From: a virus
Virus record (IMG/VR): IMGVR_UViG_3300025949_000027
Span: 3,954-67,953 of that record
Length of the DNA: 64,000 bases
Strand: one strand, 5' to 3'
Notes under the pieces: model-generated
Told to the model about the DNA's origin: nothing
Database searches by the model: none
The model's input: the letters and a program-made list of their open reading frames with translations, nothing else
In this document: piece by piece, positions 48,727 to 59,022 of the stretch
How the letters are laid out: every line of letters starts with the position of its first letter
Position numbering within the stretch: the stretch's first letter is position 1
Made by a program: the position numbers and the translations under genes

Positions 48727-49166
48727 CGAAGGGTGAGCTTTTGGTGGCGGCCGTGCGGGCCAAGGGAAGTGACGCGCGGGACGTGAGAGACGCGGCCCAC
48801 GAAGCGACCCATGCGTTGCGGTGGAAGGTCCGCGCACCGTGGACCCGCGACCGGATTCACGACAAGGCCCCGGCTCCCCGTGATGCGTCCCGGAAGATTC
48901 GCGAAGAGATCATCGCCCGCGCCGTCGAGGCTCTGATCTGTGCTGAACTCGGCGTCGAGTACGACTTGCCCACGTGGGCGATGACGTGCGCGATGGAGCA
49001 GGTGAAGATGGAAGGGATCGCCGTCCCGTCGCTGGACTGGCTGATCGACGCCATTAAAAACCACATGGCCGGTTTGGAGGCGAAGCGCACAGCCGCCGCC
49101 GTTCTGGCGCTCGCCGCTGAGCCGAAGCGCAAGAGGACCCGCGCTGCGGCCGGTGTGACGCCATGA
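48723..49166 (+). CDS. Hypothetical protein with HExxH
   Basis: AAHEATHAL..EEIIARAVE. Confidence 0.6.
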   Translation: MTKGELLVAAVRAKGSDARDVRDAAHEATHALRWKVRAPWTRDRIHDKAPAPRDASRKIREEIIARAVEALICAELGVEYDLPTWAMTCAMEQVKMEGIAVPSLDWLIDAIKNHMAGLEAKRTAAAVLALAAEPKRKRTRAAAGVTP

Positions 49167-49431
49167 CCCGCGCCGTCTCCGTCATCGTCGAGCGATCCCC
49201 GGGTGGCGGTTCCGCCTATCACGTCAGGGTCGACGGCAAGGCCAAGTTTCTGATGCGGACGACCGAGGCAATTGCGCTTGAGTTCGCGGCTCGGAAGTTG
49301 GGCCTACTTGGCGCGGGGCCGGCGGAGCGTGCGCGCGTGGTCGCGCTGCTGTTGTCGGAGCTTCGTCGATTGCGACGAGCAGAGGTGACGGCCGAGATCC
49401 CGGCGAACGACAACGGAAAGGCGGTCGCCTA

Positions 49432-49566
49432 ATGCCCATCTCTTCCTCTCCCTGGATCGTGGACCTCCTGCGTGACCTCGCCGCCATGCAGTCGCGGTCC
49501 GTCTCTGTTTCCTTGGTGCTTCGGTACGGGAAGGTGACCTGGAACGGTCGGAGGTGGGTGCGATGA
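49432..49566 (+). CDS. Small protein, paralogue B2
   Basis: MPISSSPWIVDLLRDL..YGKVTW. Confidence 0.55.
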   Translation: MPISSSPWIVDLLRDLAAMQSRSVSVSLVLRYGKVTWNGRRWVR

Positions 49567-50330
49567 GCGTGGATACGAAGGCGCTGGCGGACGAGATGGC
49601 GCGCGACCTACTTGGCGGCACGGTACCCGACGACGACGGAGCAACCACCGACGTCATCCGGGCCCTCCTCGACCGTCTCGTCGCCGATGCCAAGGCAGAG
49701 ACGATCGACGAGGTGGTCAGAGAGGTAGCGCGCATGCCAGTCGTGATCATCGCTACCGGTGGGTGCTACGTCGGGCACACGACGGTCGTCGAACGCATCC
49801 GCGCCCTCAAGGAGAAGCCCTAATGCCATCCGGCTGCACCGACTCGTGCCGCGCGCCCGTCCAGTGCGTTCGCTGCCACCGTCGGAAGGCCCCTCGTGGT
49901 CGGTCCGTAGCCGCCGAGATGGCGAACGGCATGTGTACCCAGGACTGCCCGGGGTTCCAGGTGCCGCCTATGAGTGGCCACCTGTGGCCGAACGAAAAGT
50001 TGCCCGGTGAGGAAATCGAGAGTGAGGAGGTGTTCTAGTGCCTTTGCGAGAGACGACGCGAATCGATACCACGGCACCGCAATGCGCGTGTCGGTTTGGT
50101 CGGCTGTGTGCCTTCCATTCGAAGTATCCAGGTGACCCGAAGCCGGAGAAGACCCGTAAGCCCGAGCGGTGCTCATGCGAGGAGAGCATGGCCGCCCGCG
50201 AAGAGCTGGTCCAGGCCGCCTCGCACATCGCCGGCCTACTGGCTGAGACAGCCGGGAAGGTGTCGCCCGAACTGGCGCGCGAACGCGACGGGGCTCGGAG
50301 ATGGCTCGAGACGTACCAGGGGAGGTTGCC

Positions 50331-50885
50331 GTGAGAAAGCTTACCGTAGGCCGCAAATACGGTCCGCGCGTGCGTGCCGTGATCGCGCTGGCTAGGCGCT
50401 ACGGGGTCGACACGGTGGTTCATACATCGCGTGACGAGGTGACCGAAGCGCATCCCCAGAAGCATTACTCCGGCGGTCCGTCATGGGGTGACATGTGCTG
50501 GCCCGGAGGCCCAATTGTGATCGGCCGCGTAGCCGACCTGGTCGTTACCGCCAGCGATGACGGCGAGCTTGCAAGCGATCTGATCCACGAACTGGGTCAC
50601 GTTCTGATCGGAGGTGACCCGAATGATCACGACGAGGAGCACGGCCCCGGGCTCGCACTTGACCACGATCACCACGCTCTGATTCACCCCGGCGGTTGGA
50701 ATGAATTCATGTCGAACTTTCAGGTGTCAGCGGCATGTCGATGGGGGAACACGTGTCAGTGGGGTGATCTGACAGCAGACGAGCAACGAGAGCGTATCCG
50801 AGCGTCCCGTCGCGTCGCCATCTTAGCCGGCCTGGTAGCTGACAACGGCGAGTTGAACATCAGGCCGATCGGAGAAGGCCCGTGA
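50331..50885 (+). CDS. Hypothetical protein with HExxH
   Basis: LIHELGHVL; GTGA overlap start. Confidence 0.6.
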   Translation: MRKLTVGRKYGPRVRAVIALARRYGVDTVVHTSRDEVTEAHPQKHYSGGPSWGDMCWPGGPIVIGRVADLVVTASDDGELASDLIHELGHVLIGGDPNDHDEEHGPGLALDHDHHALIHPGGWNEFMSNFQVSAACRWGNTCQWGDLTADEQRERIRASRRVAILAGLVADNGELNIRPIGEGP

Positions 50886-51120
50886 GCGCGAAACCAACGC
50901 CCGCCACCCACGTCCCCTCCGATCCATCGGACACCCGACGCCGCGCCACCCTCACGGTCCGAGTGATGGCGATGGTCGGGAACGAAGAGCCCGACGCGGC
51001 GCTGTCGATTCTGGTGACGGCTTTGAAACTGCTGGGGCAGGAGTTCGGCGTGTCCGAGGAGGACGTCGCCTCGCTGATACCGGACTGCGAGCCGCACTTG
51101 CGGCGGAAGGGGATGGCGTC

Positions 51121-51447
51121 GTGAAGCACGAACTGAGTCGGCCTTTGAAGTGGCTTCGCCGTGCGGTCTTGTCTGCAGTTCCACTGGTCGCGTCGATCGG
51201 CATTGCCGCCTACTTGCCCGAGGCAAAGTCAGGTGCCATCGCCGCCTGTGCTGCAGTTTCCGTAACTGTCGCCATCCTTTCGGGTGCCGCCTTTCTCGTC
51301 TTCGGCGTCGGATCGTTCGTGCTCGCAGAGGACGACGGCTGGGGAACCATCTGCGATGGCTGCGAGAAGCGCGACAAGAAGATCGCGGAACTCGATCAAC
51401 AAGCCGACTCGCTTCGGACCGCCCTGATCGAGGCACATAGGCCATGA
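51121..51447 (+). CDS. Two-TM membrane protein
   Basis: Two hydrophobic segments plus a short coiled coil. Confidence 0.55.
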   Translation: MKHELSRPLKWLRRAVLSAVPLVASIGIAAYLPEAKSGAIAACAAVSVTVAILSGAAFLVFGVGSFVLAEDDGWGTICDGCEKRDKKIAELDQQADSLRTALIEAHRP

Positions 51448-51703
51448 GCGACGAGTCCGACAACCGCCCGCTGTCCACCGACCCGTTCGCGCAGGGACTG
51501 ACACGTGACGTCGTTCGGGAATACCTCCGCGGCCGCCTGCAGGCGGTCAAGGGACATCCCGGGGTCATGGGGCTGGCGCCGTTCGCGCTGGAGAGCCTGA
51601 CCGAAGGGCTCGCGCGCGTCGTCCTGCAGGCGCTCGACGAGTACAGCGCACGTAGCGAGAAACCAACAGATCCGATGCGGCCTGCTGCCAAGGACGGCCA
51701 GTC

Positions 51704-52054
51704 GTGAAGCCGTTCCGGCATGCCAGGAACTCGGCGCGGAGGCACGGAGGAGAACCAGCTGACTACCAGGACATCCACGACTTCATCGACAGCACGAAGA
51801 TCGCGATCCCTGATGTACGGCACCGGGCCTTGCTGCACAACGCCTTCGGCTGCTTCCTGGTAGAGCGCATCTTCGGCGCCACGCGAACCAACAGCGCCGG
51901 TCGCACCTACTCGCCTCGCGACGTCGCCGAAGAGCACGTCTTCGAAGATCTCGGGTTCATCCCGACCCTGGAGCGCTGCCTTGCTGAACTTCCCATGTCT
52001 GCGTGGTTCGGCGGGCCGGTCAAACACAAACGCACGATCGCAATGGAGGACTGA
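51704..52054 (+). CDS. DUF6915-like conserved phage protein
   Basis: MKPFRHARNSARRHGG..Y.DIHDFIDSTK..RHRALLHNAFG..VAEEHVFEDLGFIP. Confidence 0.8.
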   Translation: MKPFRHARNSARRHGGEPADYQDIHDFIDSTKIAIPDVRHRALLHNAFGCFLVERIFGATRTNSAGRTYSPRDVAEEHVFEDLGFIPTLERCLAELPMSAWFGGPVKHKRTIAMED

Positions 52055-52057
52055 CAC

Positions 52058-52486
52058 ATGTTCGAGTCACTGAAGGAGAGCAACGACAAGCTTACCGCCG
52101 CCCGTGAGGCAGCAAAGGCTACATTCAAGGACCTGGTCAAGGTCGGATTCGCGGAGTTCTTCGTCGCCCATCCCGAGATTCAGGCGATCAAGTGGAAGCA
52201 GTACACGCCGTACTTCAACGACGGAGACGCCTGCGTGTTCAGCGTGCATGACTGGTATGCGAAGCCGACCGACGCGGCCCTGGCGCCGAAGGACGACGAG
52301 GACGAAGAGAATGGGTTCATTGACCCATGGAGTATGGGCAATGGTCCGCTCGCGGCTGCCAAGAAGTCGGGCGCCGAACTTTTCAAGTTGCTCGACGACG
52401 AGATGATGAAGGGCGCTTTCGGTGATCACGCCGAGGTAACGGCAACGCGGGATGGGTTTGAGGTCGAGTCGTACGAGCACGACTAG
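52058..52486 (+). CDS. Conserved acidic phage protein
   Basis: WKQYTPYFNDGDACVF..FGDHAEVT..YEHD; GGAGG SD. Confidence 0.75.
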   Translation: MFESLKESNDKLTAAREAAKATFKDLVKVGFAEFFVAHPEIQAIKWKQYTPYFNDGDACVFSVHDWYAKPTDAALAPKDDEDEENGFIDPWSMGNGPLAAAKKSGAELFKLLDDEMMKGAFGDHAEVTATRDGFEVESYEHD

Positions 52487-52717
52487 GCAGCCCGCCCGCC
52501 AACAAGGAGACGACCACGTGACCACCATCGACCGACACATCCTAGCAATCGAGACCGCCGTTCGAGCGAAGGCGCTGACCGACGCCCTGGCGTACCTGGA
52601 CGGCATGACAACGCCTGTTCGCCGTGGACCGGGACGCCCGCCGGGAAAGATGACGCGGGCGCAGTTGCGGAGGTTCCGGGCGCGGCGGGCGGCCAAGGCC
52701 AGGAAGGCGGGGCGACG

Positions 52718-53152
52718 GTGAGTCTCAAGACGTGGAAGGTGGAATTCTATCCAGTGCCCGCAGACCAGGTCAGCAAGGCAGACGCGCTTGACCATTCGAT
52801 TCGTAAGTGGGAGGGCCTGACAAAGATCAACTTGAAGAAGCATGGGCTGATTGTTGACGGGACTGAACTGTCCGAGCATGGAAACGCCGACAGCGAATCG
52901 TTCTTTGTCGACGCAGAATCATGCGCACTGTGCGCAAATTACCAGCATAGAACCGGCGTTGGCGTTGGCTGGTCGTGCGGGGAGTGCCCGTTGTTTCTGC
53001 TTCGCGGTGGCATGTGCTGCGAGTCAGTCGGCCGTGAACTGTCCAGTCCGTTCGACAAGTTCGATGCCCGTAACGACCCGATTCCAATGTTGAACCTGCT
53101 CAAACGAGCGAAGGTCAGAGGTGCGATACGCGGGAAGGCGGCCGGGGGATGA
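52718..53152 (+). CDS. Cys-rich hypothetical protein
   Basis: HSIRKWEGL..CALC..CGECPL. Confidence 0.6.
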   Translation: MSLKTWKVEFYPVPADQVSKADALDHSIRKWEGLTKINLKKHGLIVDGTELSEHGNADSESFFVDAESCALCANYQHRTGVGVGWSCGECPLFLLRGGMCCESVGRELSSPFDKFDARNDPIPMLNLLKRAKVRGAIRGKAAGG

Positions 53153-54243
53153 GAACTATCCGTTGTTCCAGTCTTCCTCGTTTATTCGCTTGTGCTCCGT
53201 CGCTGGACGGTGACTTGCAGATCGACGCACGCAACGAGGCGGCCGACCTGGGAAGCGCCGCGCACGAGGCCATGGAGGCGGTCGTTACGGGCCATGCCGC
53301 TGACCTGGACGCGATCGCACAGCGGTGGACATGCAACCGGGACGAACTGGGTCGCATCGCCTGGTACGGCAAGCAAGCATGGGGCGTGCTGGCGCCGAGT
53401 TTCGTGGACGCGGAGACGGAGGTCGAGGTCGGCAGTACGTTCGACGGCTTCAAGTTGACGGGCCACGTCGACCTTCGGTCGCAGCCTGCCGAACGGGAAG
53501 CCGCGATCCTGGACTGGAAGACGGGCAGGGTGGACGGCGACCACTATCACCAGCTCGCCGGGTATGCGGCCTGCCTCGTGAACATGGGGCGCTATGACAA
53601 GGTCACCGCGTCCGTGGTCTGGCTTCGGGCGCAGGATATCGAGACCTACGTCATCACGGCCGACGTGGTTGACCAGTGGCTTGCCCGTCTGCGCGCCCAG
53701 CTGGCCAAGACGACGTACAGCACGGGACGGCACTGCGAGACGTGCCCGCGCTCGCACTCTTGCCCAGCTGTGGCGGCAAAGGCCCGCGAGGCGGTCGCCT
53801 TGCTCCGCGACCCACCGGCAGACCTGACGGCGCTGTCGTCGGCGGAGGTCGTGAGCCTGTACCGGCAGGCCAGGTTACTCGAGAAGGTCGCCGACGAGGC
53901 GGTCAAGGCCATCCGACTGCACGTCGTCAACTGTGGGCCGCAGGATTCTGGAGATGGGACGGCGCTGCAGATCGTCGAAGAGAACGCCGGCCGCGACATC
54001 GACGTCGCGAAAGCCTGGGACATCATCCAGGCGCGGTTGCCCGAGCCGGAACAAATGGCGTCCGTCCTGAAGGTCAGCGCCAGCGCGCTCGACGATGCCG
54101 TGGCGAAAGCAGCTGGCCAGGGGAAGGGCGCTGCAGCGAAGCGCGAGCTTGCCGCCGAGTTGGAAGCTGCCGGCGCAGTGACCATGCGGAAGGTTTCGAA
54201 GTTGTCCGAAAAACGCTTGCCGAAGGAGATCGAACAATCATGA
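53149..54243 (+). CDS. PD-(D/E)XK exonuclease (RecE/Cas4-like partner of RecT)
   Basis: GSAAHE, LTGHVDL..ILDWKTG..QLAGYA, HCETCP..SCP. Confidence 0.85.
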   Translation: MRTIRCSSLPRLFACAPSLDGDLQIDARNEAADLGSAAHEAMEAVVTGHAADLDAIAQRWTCNRDELGRIAWYGKQAWGVLAPSFVDAETEVEVGSTFDGFKLTGHVDLRSQPAEREAAILDWKTGRVDGDHYHQLAGYAACLVNMGRYDKVTASVVWLRAQDIETYVITADVVDQWLARLRAQLAKTTYSTGRHCETCPRSHSCPAVAAKAREAVALLRDPPADLTALSSAEVVSLYRQARLLEKVADEAVKAIRLHVVNCGPQDSGDGTALQIVEENAGRDIDVAKAWDIIQARLPEPEQMASVLKVSASALDDAVAKAAGQGKGAAAKRELAAELEAAGAVTMRKVSKLSEKRLPKEIEQS

Positions 54244-55511
54244 GCGCGACGAACGCAGCACCGCCAGCGAGCACTGGCCTGGCGAAGACGGACAGCAAGG
54301 CGGTCGGAAAGACACGCCCGATCGACACGTTCCGCGAGTTGCTTGACAAGCTGAAACCGCAACTCCAGATGGCGCTTCCGAAGCACGTCGATGTGGGCCG
54401 GATGATCCGGATCTGCGTGACTACGCTCCAGCGGAATCCTGACTTGCTGGCCTGCACGCAGGAAAGCGTCCTGGGGTGTCTGTTCCAGTGCGCCCAGCTT
54501 GGTCTGGAGCCCGATGGCCTACTCGGGCACGCCTACCTGATCCCGTTCCGCGACAACAAGAACAACCGGACGATCTGCACGCTGATCGTCGGCTACAAGG
54601 GACTTCTCAAACTCGCCAGGCAGTCGAACGAGATCCAGTCCATCTCGGCGCGTGTCGTCTACAGCAAGGACGAGTTCGAATACGAATTCGGCCTGGAGGA
54701 CAAGTTGGTCCACAAGCCGACGCTTGAAGAGGACCCGGGCGAGATGACCTTCGCATACGCGATCTTCCGGTACAAGGGCGGCGGCTATCACTTCGACGTG
54801 ATGAGCAAGGTCGAGATCGAGGCCATCCGGAAGCGGTCGAAGACCGGGAACAACGGCCCGTGGGTCACGGACTACGACGAGATGGCCAAGAAGACGGTGC
54901 TCCGCCGCGCCTCGAAGATGGCGCCGGCTTCGATCGAAGACCTGTCCCGGGCGATCGCACTTGATTCCCGGTCGGAGGCCGGCATCGCTCCTTCCCTGGA
55001 TATCGACATGCCCGCGGCTCCCGTCCCGGGGTCCGAGGATGGAAACCAGGGGCGGCGGATGTCCCTAGGAAAACCCGCAGTGGTCACTGTCCCCGCCGAG
55101 GACGAGCCTGAGCACGACCCGAAGACGGGCGAGGTGAAGGCGGAGGAGAAGCCAGCGGCGCAGTCGATGTCGAAGACGGCACCGACGCCTGCCACCGGCA
55201 TCGTCATGTCCACGTCGAAGCAGCGGAAGGCCCTCGGCGAAGCCATCTTCGGCGCGCGACTCGAAGAGGGAACGGTCTGCAAGTGGTTTGGCGTGGACGA
55301 ACTGATCGCTCTGTCGGGCCCGCAGGTCGAGGATGCGCTGGCGCGGATCAAGATCCTCGAAGAGACGACCGTCGCCGACGTCAAGGCGGCCGTTGCCAAG
55401 GCGAAGCTTGGCGAGGGGGTTGTCGGCGAATGGTTCAACGGCAAGACGGCCGACCAGCTCACGGCCGAGGAACGGGCCGAGGCGATCCGCATGGCCAACG
55501 AGGCGGCATGA
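54240..55511 (+). CDS. recT: RecT-family single-strand annealing protein
   Basis: ALPKHVD..RM, CAQLGLEPDGLLGHAYLIPF, GYKGLLKLA, PWVTDYDEMAKKTVLRR. Confidence 0.92.
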   Translation: MSATNAAPPASTGLAKTDSKAVGKTRPIDTFRELLDKLKPQLQMALPKHVDVGRMIRICVTTLQRNPDLLACTQESVLGCLFQCAQLGLEPDGLLGHAYLIPFRDNKNNRTICTLIVGYKGLLKLARQSNEIQSISARVVYSKDEFEYEFGLEDKLVHKPTLEEDPGEMTFAYAIFRYKGGGYHFDVMSKVEIEAIRKRSKTGNNGPWVTDYDEMAKKTVLRRASKMAPASIEDLSRAIALDSRSEAGIAPSLDIDMPAAPVPGSEDGNQGRRMSLGKPAVVTVPAEDEPEHDPKTGEVKAEEKPAAQSMSKTAPTPATGIVMSTSKQRKALGEAIFGARLEEGTVCKWFGVDELIALSGPQVEDALARIKILEETTVADVKAAVAKAKLGEGVVGEWFNGKTADQLTAEERAEAIRMANEAA

Positions 55512-55822
55512 CCTTCGATCGCGTGTTCCGAAACTCAGCACCGAGCGGTTACAAGGGCCGGCCCTGTCGAATCGTCGCCCGTCCCGCGCTGACCAAGGAC
55601 AAGCAGGGCGAGTTCATCCAGCACGTCGGCGATGAAACCGTCCTCGTCGAGTTCGAGGATGGCGAGCAGTTGCGGTGCATCCGGTCGGCGGCAGTACCGC
55701 TCGACTCGAAACTTGGCCGGCAGGCTATCCGCGTGGCCAAACTCGGCATGACCAGGATGCGGCGGCGGACGGTTATCGCCAGGGCCAAGGCGGACAAGGC
55801 AAGCCCGCGCGCAACAAGTTGA
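55508..55822 (+). CDS. Hypothetical protein
   Basis: ATGA overlap; KGRPCRIVAR..VLVEFEDG. Confidence 0.6.
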   Translation: MTFDRVFRNSAPSGYKGRPCRIVARPALTKDKQGEFIQHVGDETVLVEFEDGEQLRCIRSAAVPLDSKLGRQAIRVAKLGMTRMRRRTVIARAKADKASPRATS

Positions 55823-55827
55823 AGCTT

Positions 55828-56108
55828 TCGCTCCCATGGCGGCCGGCGCGGCACAACCCCCACCCCGCGGTGTCACGCGCCGGTCGCCTGGGGACGAATC
55901 AAGTTCGAACGTGGGATCGACAGCCCACGGGGACCCGGACCGGCGCGAGAGCTGACACCCGGGACCGAACGACTGTCGGGTCACTGCCCGCACGACGATC
56001 GCGGGATGCAGAACGCCCCAGAAGAGGCGCCCCAACGGCGGTAACGGAGAGCAGCACCACCGACGGTTAAAGGCGAAGGCGTGGCAGGCCGGAGAGACGG
56101 CCGTTTTT
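55828..56108 (+). ncRNA. Candidate structured non-coding RNA
   Basis: ~300-nt gap filled with hairpins, ending GGCCG-GAGAGA-CGGCC-GTTTTT. Confidence 0.5.
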
Positions 56109-56120
56109 CAAGGAGCAACC

Positions 56121-56504
56121 ATGAGTTTCGATCTGTCCCTAAAACGACCCGCCTGTGACTACTGCGGACGCGAGCGTGACTCCGTCTGGAGCCGCAGCGG
56201 TATCACGCACAACGTGAATTCTATCGTGGACCTGTGCATCGGCTCTGACGTCGTCGCGCGGGATGCCCGGGCGGGATACGCCGAGCGTTCGTGGGGTCGC
56301 CTGTTCGGGTGGCCCGCATCCGAGGCGCTGCCTATCGTGGTGCGCGCGCTGGACGTGGCAAACGACACAGCGCGTGAAGCGGAGTTCCGCGCCCTTGAAC
56401 CAGAGAACGGATGGGGCTCGCTAGAAGGCGTGCGGGATGCCTTCGCGGACCTGGCGCGGGCGTGCGCGGAGCACCCGAAGGCGATTTTCGAGGCGTGGGG
56501 ATGA
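56121..56504 (+). CDS. Conserved-type phage hypothetical protein
   Basis: AAGGAG SD; ITHNV..FRALEPENGWGS..C.EHPKA. Confidence 0.7.
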   Translation: MSFDLSLKRPACDYCGRERDSVWSRSGITHNVNSIVDLCIGSDVVARDARAGYAERSWGRLFGWPASEALPIVVRALDVANDTAREAEFRALEPENGWGSLEGVRDAFADLARACAEHPKAIFEAWG

Positions 56505-56794
56505 GCGACGAACTGAAGTTCAAGCTCCGCGTTCCCACGTCAGCGGCGGTGGCCTATGGAGCGGTCGGGTTTAGCGTGAAGGCTGACCCGAGCATCCCGC
56601 CCGACCGCTTCGCACTGGAGCACCCCGACGGCCGACGCGACTACTTCACATTCGACGGGAAGCCCGCGGCGCCATATCCGACGGTCCGCGACGCCCTGAT
56701 CGCACACCTAGAAGGCAAGTGGTCGAAGGCGACGAGTTTCGAAGAGGACGCCGACGCCATCCTGGAGCGGTTCGACGTGAGGCTGAAGCCATGA
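56501..56794 (+). CDS. Hypothetical protein
   Basis: ATGA overlaps at both ends. Confidence 0.55.
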   Translation: MSDELKFKLRVPTSAAVAYGAVGFSVKADPSIPPDRFALEHPDGRRDYFTFDGKPAAPYPTVRDALIAHLEGKWSKATSFEEDADAILERFDVRLKP

Positions 56795-57392
56795 ACACCT
56801 TCTACAGGATCTACTGCATCGTCGTCGTCTTGTCTGCGTGCACGTTTGGTGCAATGGCAGGTAGGTGGTTGCGCGTGACGCCGCATGGAGACCCGCTGCC
56901 GATCCTCCGCGCTGCGATCGCGTGCCTCGTGTTCTACCTCGTCGGAATTCTCGTGGCGTTCATTCACCAGGTCATCGACGCACGGAGGAAACCATAAAAG
57001 TCCGCGTCCGCGTCCCCGGCCCCCCGAACTTCATGATCCTGGAAGACGAGCAGCAATGACCCGTCCCGCCTCGCCCATCCGCCACTGCCGCGCCGCCCCC
57101 GCAACCGACGTCGCCATGTGCGGCGCCCGCGGGACCGAGCTCGTCTACGCGAACACGCCACGCGCGATCACGTGTGAGACATGCGCAGCGAAGCGGACGG
57201 AGCCCCGGGGCGTGGCGCGGGCGATACGTGAACGCGAGGCGAGGGCGGCGCACTTCAAGAACATTCGGACGCGATTCGCCACCTGAACCACAGGCCGCGC
57301 CGGTACCTGATCCAGCCGGCGGGCACCTTTCCGGAATACAACAAATCGCCTGGCTGCGGTCGGCTGGGACGAAATCGGCCTGGGAAATTCCG

Positions 57393-57426
57393 GCGCTACG
57401 GCAATACGCCGTAAGCGTTTGTTTTT
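57393..57426 (+). terminator. Intrinsic terminator
   Basis: TACGGC-AATAC-GCCGTA stem extended by CGC/GCG, then TTTGTTTTT. Confidence 0.7.
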
Positions 57427-57763
57427 GGTCAACGAATGACGCTGGCTACCGATGCAACCGACACAGTATTACAAATTCCCACAATGTAATTTGTAGAAAC
57501 GAAACTGTCACAAAGTCGTAATCTCCGGCCGGGACATCGTGGGCACTACACCCTATGACCAGACTCGTAACCTGACGCAATCATTAGAGCGTCATTTTTC
57601 TGGCGCACGCGGCGGATGCACGGACTGCACTCTGCGATTGGCTTGTTCGTAGCGCGATGCAGGGTGCGGTTGACAGCGCGGGCGATGGCCTGGCGGCGCT
57701 CGCGGGCCCGGTGTCCTCTTCGAGGGAACTTGCCGAGCAGGTAAGCGCGCAGGCGGTGCCGCT

Positions 57764-58879
57764 GTGACCGGCGATGGGGGCAAGGTCGCGGGCGAGTTCT
57801 CACCCGGGGATACCTTGGCTGTCGTCCTGCGATCCCAGGCCCAGACAATCGAGAACCAGCAGCAGACCATCCAGCAGCAGCACAAGACGATCGAGCTACT
57901 GTCTGGCGCCACGGGACGGATAGTAGACGTCGACCTTACGTTCGCGGCGCTCTGGGATCGGTACCGACGGACCTTCCCGAAGAATGAGACGTGGCCGCGC
58001 ACGGCGGTGTCCATCATGCTCCGGCCGCTCGAGACCTTCGGGGCGATGCGGATAGTCGACCTGAAGGCTATGCACTGGTCAGATTTTCGCGACCGTGACG
58101 ACGTCCAGAAACTCGCACCCAGCACGCGTAACCAGATTTTGACGCGCATTACCGCGATGATGAACTGGGCGCTCACTGACGGTCGAATCGCTTCGAACCC
58201 GTTCGAGAGAGCCAAGCCGGAGCGGTCCCGGCCGAAGCGGGAGACAGAATTTAGCCTTGAAGACGAAGAGAGGTTCCTCCAGGCAGCCTCGCTGAGGCTG
58301 TCGGTTTTCTTCATGATCGCGATCGACTCGGGCATGAGGCACAAGGAGATTCGCCTCCTTCGCTGGGATCAGATCGACGTGAAGGCGCGGACAGTCCAGG
58401 TTTCGTGGGCCGAGACGAAGGGGAAGCGCAGTGGCACCGCCTACCTGACTCCGCGTTCGATCGCAGCCCTGAAACTCCTCCCGCGTGTCGAAGGATCTCC
58501 GTATGTGTTCGCCCGCAAGCCAGACGGGAATCCATTCTCGTATGCCACCTTCTATCTAGAGTTCCGTCGGATCTCGAAGAAACTCGGCCTGAAAGCAGCA
58601 CCCGGAGACGTCCGTCCGAGGGTACATGACTGTCGTCACTCCCTGGCGTCCCGACTCTCTCGAAGAGGGGCCCCGCTGCCGGCGATCCAGGCGATTCTCC
58701 GCCACGCCCAGCCGACTACCACCTCCCTCTACATCCACACGCGTCCCGAAGACATCGTGGCGGCCCACGCACTACTTGACGACTGCCGCGCATCGCCGCG
58801 TCACGGACCACAGCGAGCAGCGCCGCGAGCGAACGAGCCGGCTTCGAAAAAAGTATCCGCCATCGCAAAAAACAGTTGA
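57764..58879 (+). CDS. Tyrosine recombinase/integrase
   Basis: SGMRHKEI (R), TKG (K), HDCRH (HxxR), LRHA (H), SLYIH (Y): complete catalytic set. Confidence 0.93.
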   Translation: MTGDGGKVAGEFSPGDTLAVVLRSQAQTIENQQQTIQQQHKTIELLSGATGRIVDVDLTFAALWDRYRRTFPKNETWPRTAVSIMLRPLETFGAMRIVDLKAMHWSDFRDRDDVQKLAPSTRNQILTRITAMMNWALTDGRIASNPFERAKPERSRPKRETEFSLEDEERFLQAASLRLSVFFMIAIDSGMRHKEIRLLRWDQIDVKARTVQVSWAETKGKRSGTAYLTPRSIAALKLLPRVEGSPYVFARKPDGNPFSYATFYLEFRRISKKLGLKAAPGDVRPRVHDCRHSLASRLSRRGAPLPAIQAILRHAQPTTTSLYIHTRPEDIVAAHALLDDCRASPRHGPQRAAPRANEPASKKVSAIAKNS

Positions 58880-59022
58880 CGGGTGACGGGAAATCGGGTT
58901 CTCATAGACCCGTCTAGATGCCCAATACATTCGTTCGCGCTTGGAATCGGTCTCGTTCCGCCGTTGGTGGGCATCTAGACAATCTCGTCGGCGTCGAAGC
59001 GGGACCGATTCGAGGCGCGAAC
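58876..59022 (+). promoter_or_regulatory. Promoter plus two-state structured leader RNA
   Basis: TTGACG-18-TCTCAT; 13-bp perfect inverted repeat 58912-24/58968-80 interleaved with a 23-bp stem 58933-55/59000-22. Confidence 0.65.

Noticed and set aside
53676-54239. Extended N-termini given by the ORF track (RecT 53676, also 9212, 10204, 29928, 30802, 31238, 41415)
   Set aside because: They overlap upstream genes; stop/start overlaps, SD sites and domain boundaries indicate later starts
57764-58879. Prophage boundary at the integrase
   Set aside because: Small coupled phage-type genes continue on both sides and no host housekeeping genes appear
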